Positions 56,505 to 64,000 of a stretch of DNA of 64,000 nt are shown here, piece after piece (the first letter of the stretch is position 1; every line of letters starts with the position of its first letter). Origin of the DNA: Candidatus Bathyarchaeota archaeon (GTDB taxonomy: Archaea > Thermoproteota > CALKCG01 > B24 > DRYS01); contig JAGTQC010000005.1 of the NCBI GenBank assembly GCA_018396535.1, forward strand, positions 1 to 64,000, written 5' to 3'. Both the position numbers and the translations under genes were made by a program. The notes beneath the pieces are model-generated. The model searched no databases, was not told the DNA's origin, and was given only the letters and a program-made list of their open reading frames with translations.

Positions 56505-56909
56505 CTAATGTTTATGAGGTATTCTAAAACCGCATGGGCAATATTCCGGTGTATCCAATAATCTGCATAGGCATTCTGCAAATTTATCCGATATGAAGAA
56601 ATCTATTCTTGATGATTCTTCATGCGCCTCCTCCTTCGTAAATCCTAGGATATCGTGAAGGAACCGTTCAAGAACTCTATGCTTATGTAGTAGGTTATCT
56701 ACGTAATCTACCCCCTCACTAGTTAATTTAACACCAACTCTAGGCATATATATGATATACCCTTTCAAAACGAGATTCTGAAGTATGGATATAGATGTAG
56801 GAGTTTTTACCTTGAACAATCTTGCGATTCTAGCTGGTTTAACATATTCTGAGGATAACCCTTCTCGATATATAGTAAGAAGGTATCTTGATTCTAGGTG
56901 TGTAAGCAC
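56505..56909 (-). CDS. DtxR/MntR family metal-dependent repressor
   Basis: E..YL..IY, wHTH, LT..G, KHR.LE.FL..ILG, CPCG..IP. Confidence 0.88.
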   Translation of the reverse strand: MLTHLESRYLLTIYREGLSSEYVKPARIARLFKVKTPTSISILQNLVLKGYIIYMPRVGVKLTSEGVDYVDNLLHKHRVLERFLHDILGFTKEEAHEESSRIDFFISDKFAECLCRLLDTPEYCPCGFRIPHKH

Positions 56910-56930
56910 ATGTTAGACTAACTCTAACAT
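56910..56930. promoter_or_regulatory. Palindromic operator, probable DtxR-family binding site
   Basis: ATGTTAGA-ctaac-TCTAACAT, a perfect 8-bp inverted repeat between the TATA box (TTTATATA, 56939-56932 minus) and the GTG start of the repressor-znuACB operon. Confidence 0.7.
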
Positions 56931-57016
56931 ATATATAAACATTACCCAGTTTACAGGGTGGAAAGTTTATTAGGGATTATCTTCCCTATATGAGTAGGCT
57001 AATCGGGGATAGATCG

Positions 57017-57691
57017 ATGAGTCTTACCAGAGTTCAGCGTGATATATTGAGGAAGACTGTTGAAGAAGTCTTTAAGCTTATAGAGGGTAATCCTCGTAGA
57101 TTTAAACAATCCCTAGAACTTATAGTGAATCTAAGAGATATAGATCTGAAAAAGCCTGAAAATAGATTTGTAGAAGTTATATCCCTACCGCATGGATCTG
57201 GTAAGCCTGCTAGGATCTGTTTAATAGCTTCGGGTGCTCTAGCTTCTCAAGCTAAAAATGTAGGAGTGGATCTTATATTAGATCCGAATGATCTAGCATC
57301 GTATGGTAGTGATAAGAGGAAGGGGAAGAAGTTAGCTAGAGAATATGATTTCTTCCTAGCTGAAGCTCAATATATGGGTCTCGTAGGTAGATATCTAGGT
57401 ACATTCCTAGGTCCGAGAGGGAAAATGCCTACACCTATTACACTAACAACATCTCTAGAAGATATTGTAAAATCTCTTAAGAACAGTGTTAGAATTAGGG
57501 TTAGGACAAATCCTCAAGTAAAGTGTAGGATTGGTATTGAAGGTATGACGGTGGATGAGGTAGTTGATAATATAGAATCTGTCTTTTCTAAAATTATAAG
57601 TAGGATGCCTAAAGGTATGGGAAATGTAGATAGTATATATCTGAAGGGTACTATGACCCCTGCTATTAAGGTAAATTTAAGTAAGGTGTGA
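57017..57691 (+). CDS. rpl1: 50S ribosomal protein uL1
   Basis: R.FKQS.EL..NL..IDL..P.NR, LPH, DFFLA, LGPRGKMP, TM.P. Confidence 0.95.
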   Translation: MSLTRVQRDILRKTVEEVFKLIEGNPRRFKQSLELIVNLRDIDLKKPENRFVEVISLPHGSGKPARICLIASGALASQAKNVGVDLILDPNDLASYGSDKRKGKKLAREYDFFLAEAQYMGLVGRYLGTFLGPRGKMPTPITLTTSLEDIVKSLKNSVRIRVRTNPQVKCRIGIEGMTVDEVVDNIESVFSKIISRMPKGMGNVDSIYLKGTMTPAIKVNLSKV

Positions 57692-57694
57692 TAG

Positions 57695-58645
57695 ATGTCT
57701 ACTGTAAAATTGTCTATTAAAAAGGAGAGAAAGATAAAGCAGTTTGAAGAATTGAAATCACTTATTTTAAATTATCCTACCATTATCGTAGCTAGATTAT
57801 ATAGGGTTGATGCTAATTATCTGCATGATCTAAGGATAAAATTTAGGGGAAGAATGATTTTCAAAGTTGCAAAAAATACATTATTTAAGAAAGCTTTAGA
57901 AGAAGTTTATGGTAAAAATATAGAAATAGATAAATTTAGTTCTATATTATTTGGTGAAAACGTATTTATATTCACTAAAGATAACCCTTTTAAAGTATAT
58001 TTAGATTTATATAGGAGTAAGATATTTGTATCCCCATCACCTGGAGATATAGCGCCAGATGATATAGTTATACCTGAAGGGGATACAGGTATACCACCTG
58101 GACCTGCTATAAGTGATTTCAGTCAATTAGGTATCGAAACCAGAATAGTTAAGGGTACTATACATATCGTTCGGAGTAAGGTTCTAGTGCATAAAGGTGA
58201 GAAGATATCGCTAGAAGTTGCTAACCTTTTATCGAAACTCGGTATGAAACCTATAGCTATATGGCTTGATCCTAAAGGAGCTTTAACCGATGGCATCTTC
58301 ATACAGGAGGATGTATTAAAGATAGATCCAGAGATTTATAGAGGTATATTTAGAGACGCGGTATTATCCGCCTTCAATTTAGCAGTTAGCATAGAGTATC
58401 CGACTGTAGAAGTTCTACCTACGCTTATACTAAAAGCTCACAGTATAGCATTATCGTTAGCTTCGTATATAGCCTTACCTATGCCTGAGATGATTATGAA
58501 TCATATAGTGAAAGCTGTAGCGATCGCTAATACCTTATACTCACTAATCGAGGGTAAAACTAAAGAGAAGGAGGAAACTTTAAAAGAGGGAGAAGAACCT
58601 AGTGAAGAAGAGGGGTTGGGAGGTCTAGCCGCCCTCTTCGGATAG
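57695..58645 (+). CDS. rpl10: 50S ribosomal protein uL10 (P0)
   Basis: KNTL, NPF, GDIAP.DI.IP.G.TG..PGP, C-terminal GL.ALFG. Confidence 0.95.
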   Translation: MSTVKLSIKKERKIKQFEELKSLILNYPTIIVARLYRVDANYLHDLRIKFRGRMIFKVAKNTLFKKALEEVYGKNIEIDKFSSILFGENVFIFTKDNPFKVYLDLYRSKIFVSPSPGDIAPDDIVIPEGDTGIPPGPAISDFSQLGIETRIVKGTIHIVRSKVLVHKGEKISLEVANLLSKLGMKPIAIWLDPKGALTDGIFIQEDVLKIDPEIYRGIFRDAVLSAFNLAVSIEYPTVEVLPTLILKAHSIALSLASYIALPMPEMIMNHIVKAVAIANTLYSLIEGKTKEKEETLKEGEEPSEEEGLGGLAALFG

Positions 58646-58658
58646 GAGGTGGTGGAAT

Positions 58659-58979
58659 CTGGAGTATATATATGCAGCTCTACTCTTATACCACTCTGGA
58701 CAGAAGATAGATGAAGAGAATTTAAGGAAAGTATTAAATGCAGCATCGTTAACACCAGATGAAGCTAGACTTAAATCACTAGTAGCAGCTCTTTCAGAAG
58801 TAGATATCGGTGAGGTTATAAAATCTGCAGGGGTATCCATATCTACTCCAACTCAGGTAGCAACTACAGCAAGTAGAGTAGAATCTAAAGCTGCGGAAGC
58901 TAAAGAAGAGAAGAAGGAGAAGGAGAAGGAAGAGGAGAAGGAAGAAGCCTTAGAAGGGTTAGCTGCATTATTCGGTTAA
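58659..58979 (+). CDS. rpl12: 50S ribosomal protein P1 (aL12), CTG start
   Basis: Not in the track. CTG GAG TAT ATA TAT GCA GCT CTA CTC TTA = (M)EYIYAALLL..., 106 aa, ending EEALEGLAALFG. Confidence 0.93.
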   Translation: MEYIYAALLLYHSGQKIDEENLRKVLNAASLTPDEARLKSLVAALSEVDIGEVIKSAGVSISTPTQVATTASRVESKAAEAKEEKKEKEKEEEKEEALEGLAALFG

Positions 58980-59012
58980 CGATGACCGGTGAAGGTAACT
59001 CGATACTGCTAG

Positions 59013-59315
59013 TCATCTTAATGGTATCCTCTTAATAGTGCCGCATCTAAGACATGTTATTACGACTTTAGTAACTCCATCAGATCGTATTCTTATACGA
59101 CATGTATATCCTGGCACTATGAAACGTTTACATTTCTTACATAATAGATATCGCTTATATATTCTTGGTATTCTAACCTTTGCTTTCATGGAGATCCTCC
59201 GAGCTATCTCTATATACCTATCTGCTCTCCTCGGATTTTTTTCGAAGCATTTTAATGCCAGTTCGAATAATTTCTCTATCCGCTCCAAGGCTATCTTCTT
59301 CCTTCTTCTACTCAT
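59013..59315 (-). CDS. rnp4: RNase P protein component 4 (Rpp21)
   Basis: IA.ERI..LF.LA, RY...A..IS.K, CKKC...PG, CLRCG..KR.P. Confidence 0.92.
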   Translation of the reverse strand: MSRRRKKIALERIEKLFELALKCFEKNPRRADRYIEIARRISMKAKVRIPRIYKRYLLCKKCKRFIVPGYTCRIRIRSDGVTKVVITCLRCGTIKRIPLR

Positions 59316-59430
59316 CCCCTCCACCGGTATTAGATTTATCGAAGCTAGATACCTATAACGATCATTTCACAAGTTAGCTAGGCTGTAGATAAAGATATCT
59401 ATAAGTCTAGACTTAGAATTTCATATCCAC

Positions 59431-60171
59431 ATGTCGTTTAGAAAGTTGATACTGATAATTGCAGAATCAGCTTTAGAGCTTATCCCTAACGAACTTAAGA
59501 ATCATCCAGACATAGTACGTTTTGCTAGAAAAACCGGTATAGATGTGGACTATATAATATTGGATAGAAGCTATCATCATCATGCTATGTTGAAATTGAA
59601 GGATTCTAATAAACGTGGTAGACCTGATATAGTACATTATACGCTTCTTTCAGTATTGGAGACACCGTTATGTTGGGATGGGATGCTAGAGGTCCATGTA
59701 CATACATACGGTAATAACGTTATACATATAGATCCTGAGGTTAGATTACCTAAGAACCATCTTAGATTTCAGGGTATTATCAGACAGGTATTCAGGCATG
59801 GTAAAGTCCCCCCGAATTCAAAGAAGCCCTTGCTAGAACTTCATCGTGAAACACTTAAAGTACTTATTGGAGAGGTTAAGCCAGATATCCTCATAGGACT
59901 CTCTGAAAAGGGTAAACCTGAAACTATAGCTAGACTATCATCTAGGCTTATAAAGTATGAAAGACCTGCCATAATCATAGGGGGGTTTCCACATGGAGAT
60001 TTCTCTGAAGATACTCTAAAATTACTCGATGAACTGGTATGTGTAGATCCTAAGCCGATGCATGCATGGATAATCGCCGCTAGGATAGTTCATAGCTTCG
60101 AAGAGGTGTTAGGTCTCGATGAAAGGAGATTAAGTATGCTAACATCATATGGAGGATATAAACCCTCTTAA
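59431..60171 (+). CDS. nep1: 16S rRNA pseudouridine N1-methyltransferase Nep1/Emg1
   Basis: AESALE..P, LD.S.H..AM, RGRPDIVH, RLPKN..RF, IGGFPHGDF. Confidence 0.92.
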   Translation: MSFRKLILIIAESALELIPNELKNHPDIVRFARKTGIDVDYIILDRSYHHHAMLKLKDSNKRGRPDIVHYTLLSVLETPLCWDGMLEVHVHTYGNNVIHIDPEVRLPKNHLRFQGIIRQVFRHGKVPPNSKKPLLELHRETLKVLIGEVKPDILIGLSEKGKPETIARLSSRLIKYERPAIIIGGFPHGDFSEDTLKLLDELVCVDPKPMHAWIIAARIVHSFEEVLGLDERRLSMLTSYGGYKPS

Positions 60172-61554
60172 GACATCATAGATTGATCTAATAGTTAGAT
60201 GAACTATACGCTCCTTACCTGTTAACGATTCAAGTCTTTTAATCCTAAAGTATAATGGTGGGTGGGGATCGAAGTTAAGCCATGAACTAGCTCCGTATAC
60301 TTTCTCGTGCATAAGTTTAGAATATCCTATCTTATATAGAGCTTCAGCTAAAGCTTTAGGATTACCAAGTCTGATAGCTGCTTCTAGATCAGCTCTAGCT
60401 TCTAGAAATTTCCCTACAAAGTATATCATGAAAAATGCTAGGGGGAAGTATATGAAGGGTAGAAGTATAACTATCGGGTACAATACATATATTCTCAGAA
60501 GATATTCCGCCACCGAAACTATGAACAATATAAATGGATCTATATTCTTTATATGACTAAGTTCATGCCCTATGACAGCTTCAATCTCATCTATATCGAG
60601 TTTTGTTAAGAGTCCTGTAGTTACTATGATAGCAGATCTCCACGGTATCATCCCTGTAGCAGCTGCATTAGCTATAAGCGTATTGATTAGAGCTAATTTA
60701 ACCCTAGGTAAATTATACTTCACTCTAACTTTTTCTACGATATCGAAGATATCGTATGAACGTATAAATACCTTATCAACAGATGACTGAAGCCCATAGA
60801 ACGAGAATATCCTACTAACGATATCTGGCTCAGGTATCTTACCTAGCGCTAAAGTTTCTTCAAAAATAGCCTTTTTAATCTCCATAAGCTGATCTTGTGT
60901 ATAATTCGATATAAACCATTCATACTCCTTAGGTGATAATACATATTGTACTACATATACGTGTCTACGTCTTTCGTTTAAAGCCCAATCAGAAATTCCC
61001 ACCATTATCTTATCTGCATTCAATAGTATTATAAATTGTAAAAGTACAAGTATAAATGGGGCATAATATTGAAATATTGCAAACATTATGATATTTAACA
61101 TCATAAAAAATAAAAAGAATGGAAGCATATTATCTGAGAAAAGTTTCTCTATAGTTTTTCCTCTACGAGAAGCATATTTATCAGGATATATATTAGCATA
61201 CTCTACGAACGTTAAGAAGATAGATGAGCGTCTCACATTATCTTCAAACGAATGGATAGCGTAGCGTACAGAATCCTTTATATTTTCAACTACGTCTACT
61301 GGTGGATTACCATACTGATATATATCCAACACAACTACTTGATCGACATATATCACTACATATATACTCCACTCAAATCCGTGACTTAAAGTAAAAGTGA
61401 TTATATTATAGCCTAAATGAAGGCTATGTTGGATAAGGAACGGTGGTATATGAAGTTTCAATGCTATTACCTGTTCAATGAAGCCTATAAGTTCATGTAA
61501 CCTATACCTAGGAGCTTCAACTTCGAATATAAAGCGCAACGGAGTAGAGGACAC
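60145..61554 (-). CDS. M48 (HtpX-like) membrane zinc metalloprotease with extended N-terminus
   Basis: NAAATG, VTTGLL, GHELSHI, E..AD, AL.K, HPP...RI. Confidence 0.82.
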   Translation of the reverse strand: MSSTPLRFIFEVEAPRYRLHELIGFIEQVIALKLHIPPFLIQHSLHLGYNIITFTLSHGFEWSIYVVIYVDQVVVLDIYQYGNPPVDVVENIKDSVRYAIHSFEDNVRRSSIFLTFVEYANIYPDKYASRRGKTIEKLFSDNMLPFFLFFMMLNIIMFAIFQYYAPFILVLLQFIILLNADKIMVGISDWALNERRRHVYVVQYVLSPKEYEWFISNYTQDQLMEIKKAIFEETLALGKIPEPDIVSRIFSFYGLQSSVDKVFIRSYDIFDIVEKVRVKYNLPRVKLALINTLIANAAATGMIPWRSAIIVTTGLLTKLDIDEIEAVIGHELSHIKNIDPFILFIVSVAEYLLRIYVLYPIVILLPFIYFPLAFFMIYFVGKFLEARADLEAAIRLGNPKALAEALYKIGYSKLMHEKVYGASSWLNFDPHPPLYFRIKRLESLTGKERIVHLTIRSIYDVLRGFISSI

Positions 61555-61629
61555 CTCTTTACATACACCTGCCTAGGCTCGTATTAGAATAGGGTAGCCA
61601 GTAAGATAAATGTTAGTTTTCCCATTATC

Positions 61630-61935
61630 TTAGAGCTCTATAAATTGAGCGTGAGAGACGCCGGATATTCTTATGATAGCATTAGCATGTATAAGTCCCC
61701 TCTTTTTTGCTTCGTTTACTATCTTATCTCCAAATAAATTGGCTACGGTAGCCGTCTCAAGTATCGATAAAGCTTTTTCGATAGTAACTAGGGATCCCTT
61801 AAAGAATTTTTCATCTATATATACCTCAAGATCACCATCCTTTAGAGTTTTACCTAAAAGATCAGCATCGCATACTGCTACAAGTACATCTTTTCCATAC
61901 CTAAATACCTTGACATATACAAGCTCTTCACTCAA
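61630..61935 (-). CDS. DUF424 family protein
   Basis: VAVCD..LLG, FF.G, AN.FG...V..A...G.I, I.GV.HAQ. Confidence 0.85.
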   Translation of the reverse strand: MSEELVYVKVFRYGKDVLVAVCDADLLGKTLKDGDLEVYIDEKFFKGSLVTIEKALSILETATVANLFGDKIVNEAKKRGLIHANAIIRISGVSHAQFIEL

Positions 61936-62085
61936 ACTCTACACGCTCATATTTTACGGTACACTCTAGGATTATTTAATAGTTTCCTCAATGTCTTGTA
62001 AAACTATAAGCTTATAATAGAGTAACTATACAAGCCTTTTTCTAGCAGGGAGTAGGAGGGGTAAGTATATTAAGGTGTAGGAAGT

Positions 62086-62283
62086 ATGTCTAGATATGAA
62101 GAATTAATACCGAAACCTAGAAGTAGATTTCTAAGGGTTAAATGTCCAGGATGCGGTAATGAACAAATAATATACGAGAAGCCTGCTATTAAAGTTACAT
62201 GTAGAATATGCGAGCATATACTAGCTGAACCAAGAGGTGGTAAGGGTAAGATCTTAGCTGAAATTCTTGAATATCTACCTTGA
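62086..62283 (+). CDS. rps27e: 30S ribosomal protein eS27
   Basis: P.SRFL.VKCP.C.NEQ, C..C...LAEP.GGK. Confidence 0.95.
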   Translation: MSRYEELIPKPRSRFLRVKCPGCGNEQIIYEKPAIKVTCRICEHILAEPRGGKGKILAEILEYLP

Positions 62284-62293
62284 GGTGTTTGAT

Positions 62294-63085
62294 ATGGATA
62301 ATGAGTGGCCCGAGGTTGGTGAAGTTACTATAGGCACTGTTAAAAGCGTATATGATTATGGTGCTTATATAGCTTTAGATGAGTATGCTGGGAAGATAGG
62401 ATTTCTACATGTATCTGAGGTCTCGACTACGTGGGTTAGGAGTATAAGAGACTATCTAGAAGAAGGTAGGAAGGTTGTAGTTAAGATTATTAAAGTTGAT
62501 CCAGAGAAGGCACATATAGACCTATCTTTAAGGAGAGTTACAGAATCAGAAAAGAGAGAAGTACTTAGGCTTTGGAAGAGAAGAAGAAGTGGATCAGTAC
62601 TACTAGCTAGAGCCTGTAAAGAGGCAAAATTAGATTACGATGAGGTCTTAGCCCGGTATGGAAAAATTATAGAGGATAAGTTTGAGGATATCTATGGATT
62701 ATTCGAAGCTGTCATCGAGAAAGGTATCAGTGTTTTAATAGATCTTAACCTACCAGAAAATCTAGTAAAAGCAATAGAGCATATAGCTAGAGAAAGGATA
62801 TCCGTAAAGAAGGTTGAAGTTTCCGGTCTATGCGAAATATACTTCTACGATAGCAATGGTGTGGAAAAGATTAAGAAAGCATTCGATTATGCTTTAAAAT
62901 TGAGAAAACCTGAAGGTGTAAAGGATGTTAAGGCGTATACTATAGGAGCTCCACGATATAGAATCGAAGTAGTGGGAAGTGAATATGGCTTAGCAGCTAA
63001 ATTCCTTAAAAGAATTATAAATAGATTGCAGGTTGCAGTTGAAAAGCTTGGAGGTAGCTTTAAGTATATGGAGGAGAGAAAGTAG
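62294..63085 (+). CDS. eif2a: Translation initiation factor aIF2 alpha subunit
   Basis: PE.GE...GTV, YGAY..LDEY, H.SE....WV..I, IDLSL.RV, GAPRY. Confidence 0.93.
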   Translation: MDNEWPEVGEVTIGTVKSVYDYGAYIALDEYAGKIGFLHVSEVSTTWVRSIRDYLEEGRKVVVKIIKVDPEKAHIDLSLRRVTESEKREVLRLWKRRRSGSVLLARACKEAKLDYDEVLARYGKIIEDKFEDIYGLFEAVIEKGISVLIDLNLPENLVKAIEHIARERISVKKVEVSGLCEIYFYDSNGVEKIKKAFDYALKLRKPEGVKDVKAYTIGAPRYRIEVVGSEYGLAAKFLKRIINRLQVAVEKLGGSFKYMEERK

Positions 63086-63267
63086 TGGTATGGCTTTTAA
63101 GGAGATGTATAAATTGTGGTAGATATACTCTCAAAAAGGATAAATGCCCATATTGTAGTGGAGATGTTAGGATCCCTCATCCACCGAAAACATCTATATA
63201 CGATAAGTATAGAGAATATAGAAGGAGGATAAGGGAAATTGCGGAAACCAGTAGTAGTATGGGTTAA
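63085..63267 (+). CDS. nop10: H/ACA RNP protein Nop10
   Basis: C..CG.YTL...CP.C, PHPP..S..DKY..YR. Confidence 0.92.
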   Translation: MVWLLRRCINCGRYTLKKDKCPYCSGDVRIPHPPKTSIYDKYREYRRRIREIAETSSSMG

Positions 63268-64000
63268 ACGAGGCTTAGAGTTTAATGATCCCTTAGTTAT
63301 AGAGGGCTTCCCTGGTCTAGGATACGTAGGTAGGATAACGGTTGATTACATCGTAGAGAAGCTTAACGCTGTAGAATTTGCTAGGCTTTACACACCATAT
63401 TTTCCACAGCATGTTATAGTAGATGAGCATGGTGAAGTTAGACTTCTTAAAGCATCGTTCTACTACTGGTCGGAGCCAGATAGTAGACGAAGCATCATAC
63501 TAGTAGTGGGTGATAGTCAAGCTCAAACAATCGAAGGTCAATATAGGCTTGCATCTACGATACTAGGGTTTACACGTAAGCTAGGAGCCAGAAGAGTAGT
63601 ATGTATAGGGGGGTATGAAGCATATGTAAGCGATAAACCTAGACTATACGTAGCGGGTACAGATTTAGATATTATTCGAGAAGCCACATCTATCGGTGTA
63701 GAGGTTGGACGTATAGGTAGCCCTATAGTAGGCTTAGCAGGTGTGATACTAGGCATAGCTAAATTCTACGATATGAAGGGCATAGCGATTCTGGTGGAGA
63801 CACCTGGATATTATCCTGATATAGTTGCTGCTAAGGAAGCAATAATTTTTGTATCTGAGTATATAGGTGTGAATATAGATGTAGGCGATCTAGAAAAATA
63901 CGCTGATAAATTTTCTCAAACTTTACGAAGTTTAGAAGAAGTAGCTGAAGAATTGAAGCATTTATCCGAGTCAGTTAGATTAGCCGATAGAGGAAGGTTG
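63239..64000 (+). CDS. Proteasome assembly chaperone PAC2 family protein (3' truncated by window)
   Basis: Not in the track. TTG 63239: MRKPVVVWVKRGLEFNDPLVIEGFPGLGYVG...FPQHV...GDSQAQT..GQY...IGGY...ETPG; conserved position after nop10. Confidence 0.88.
   Translation, partial: MRKPVVVWVKRGLEFNDPLVIEGFPGLGYVGRITVDYIVEKLNAVEFARLYTPYFPQHVIVDEHGEVRLLKASFYYWSEPDSRRSIILVVGDSQAQTIEGQYRLASTILGFTRKLGARRVVCIGGYEAYVSDKPRLYVAGTDLDIIREATSIGVEVGRIGSPIVGLAGVILGIAKFYDMKGIAILVETPGYYPDIVAAKEAIIFVSEYIGVNIDVGDLEKYADKFSQTLRSLEEVAEELKHLSESVRLADRGRL

Noticed and set aside
45576-56909. Intact integrative element at tRNA-iMet
   Set aside because: No integrase or transposase, no duplicated tRNA 3' end found by eye, and host-like codon usage.
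58600-58979. Repeat between the ends of rpl10 and rpl12 (GLAALFG)
   Set aside because: This is the known shared factor-binding C-terminus of archaeal stalk proteins.
435-63267. Pyrrolysine or selenocysteine read-through
   Set aside because: TAG and TGA stops fall at the expected family C-termini, often overlapping the next gene. No split genes, pyl/sel genes or tRNA-Pyl/Sec were seen.
1467-63756. Many 60-220-aa ORFs antisense to or overlapping real genes (e.g. 46939-47592, 48564-48980, 28674-29117, 35662-35856, 58625-58840)
   Set aside because: Shadow frames of well-supported genes; Ser/Ile/Pro-rich translations, no motifs and no SD.
1-64000. CRISPR arrays, IS elements, inteins
   Set aside because: No regularly spaced direct repeats, transposase ORFs, terminal inverted repeats with target duplications, or intein-sized insertions with C/S...HN motifs were seen.

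Overview
Gene-dense archaeal chromosome segment, roughly 40% GC by eye. It is most likely from the TACK/Thermoproteota group (inference): it has class I LysRS, Alba, multi-OB RPA, Tes tetraether synthase, EndoQ, a stand-alone crenarchaeal-type 5S rRNA, and no ftsZ between dtdA and secE. It holds about 68 CDS, one 5S rRNA and the initiator tRNA-Met. Housekeeping blocks (lysS-map; argF-dtdA-secE-spt5-rpl11; rpl1-rpl10-rpl12; rnp4, nep1; rps27e-aIF2a-nop10-PAC2) alternate with anaerobic, sugar-type catabolic genes. These include two URO-D/MtaA-like proteins, TIM-barrel isomerases, an enolase-superfamily enzyme, a class II aldolase with AOR, Zn-dehydrogenases, an ASKHA corrinoid activator and a very large transaldolase-like protein. 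No CRISPR, integrase or transposase was seen. The ORF track missed the 5S rRNA, tRNA-iMet, secE, rpl12, PAC2 and the first partial gene. Main leads: (1) apparent repeated near-cognate initiation behind good Shine-Dalgarno motifs (CTG for rpl12, ACG for a dehydrogenase, possibly ATC/ACG for two more); (2) a ~730-aa transaldolase-fold protein with altered catalytic residues, divergent from a dehydrogenase/regulator/corrinoid-activator/aldolase cluster; (3) a full-length class III aminotransferase lacking the PLP lysine; (4) a small orphan protein made of a tandem ~52-aa duplication in an AT-rich island; (5) TAG as the dominant stop codon together with CTAG enrichment.
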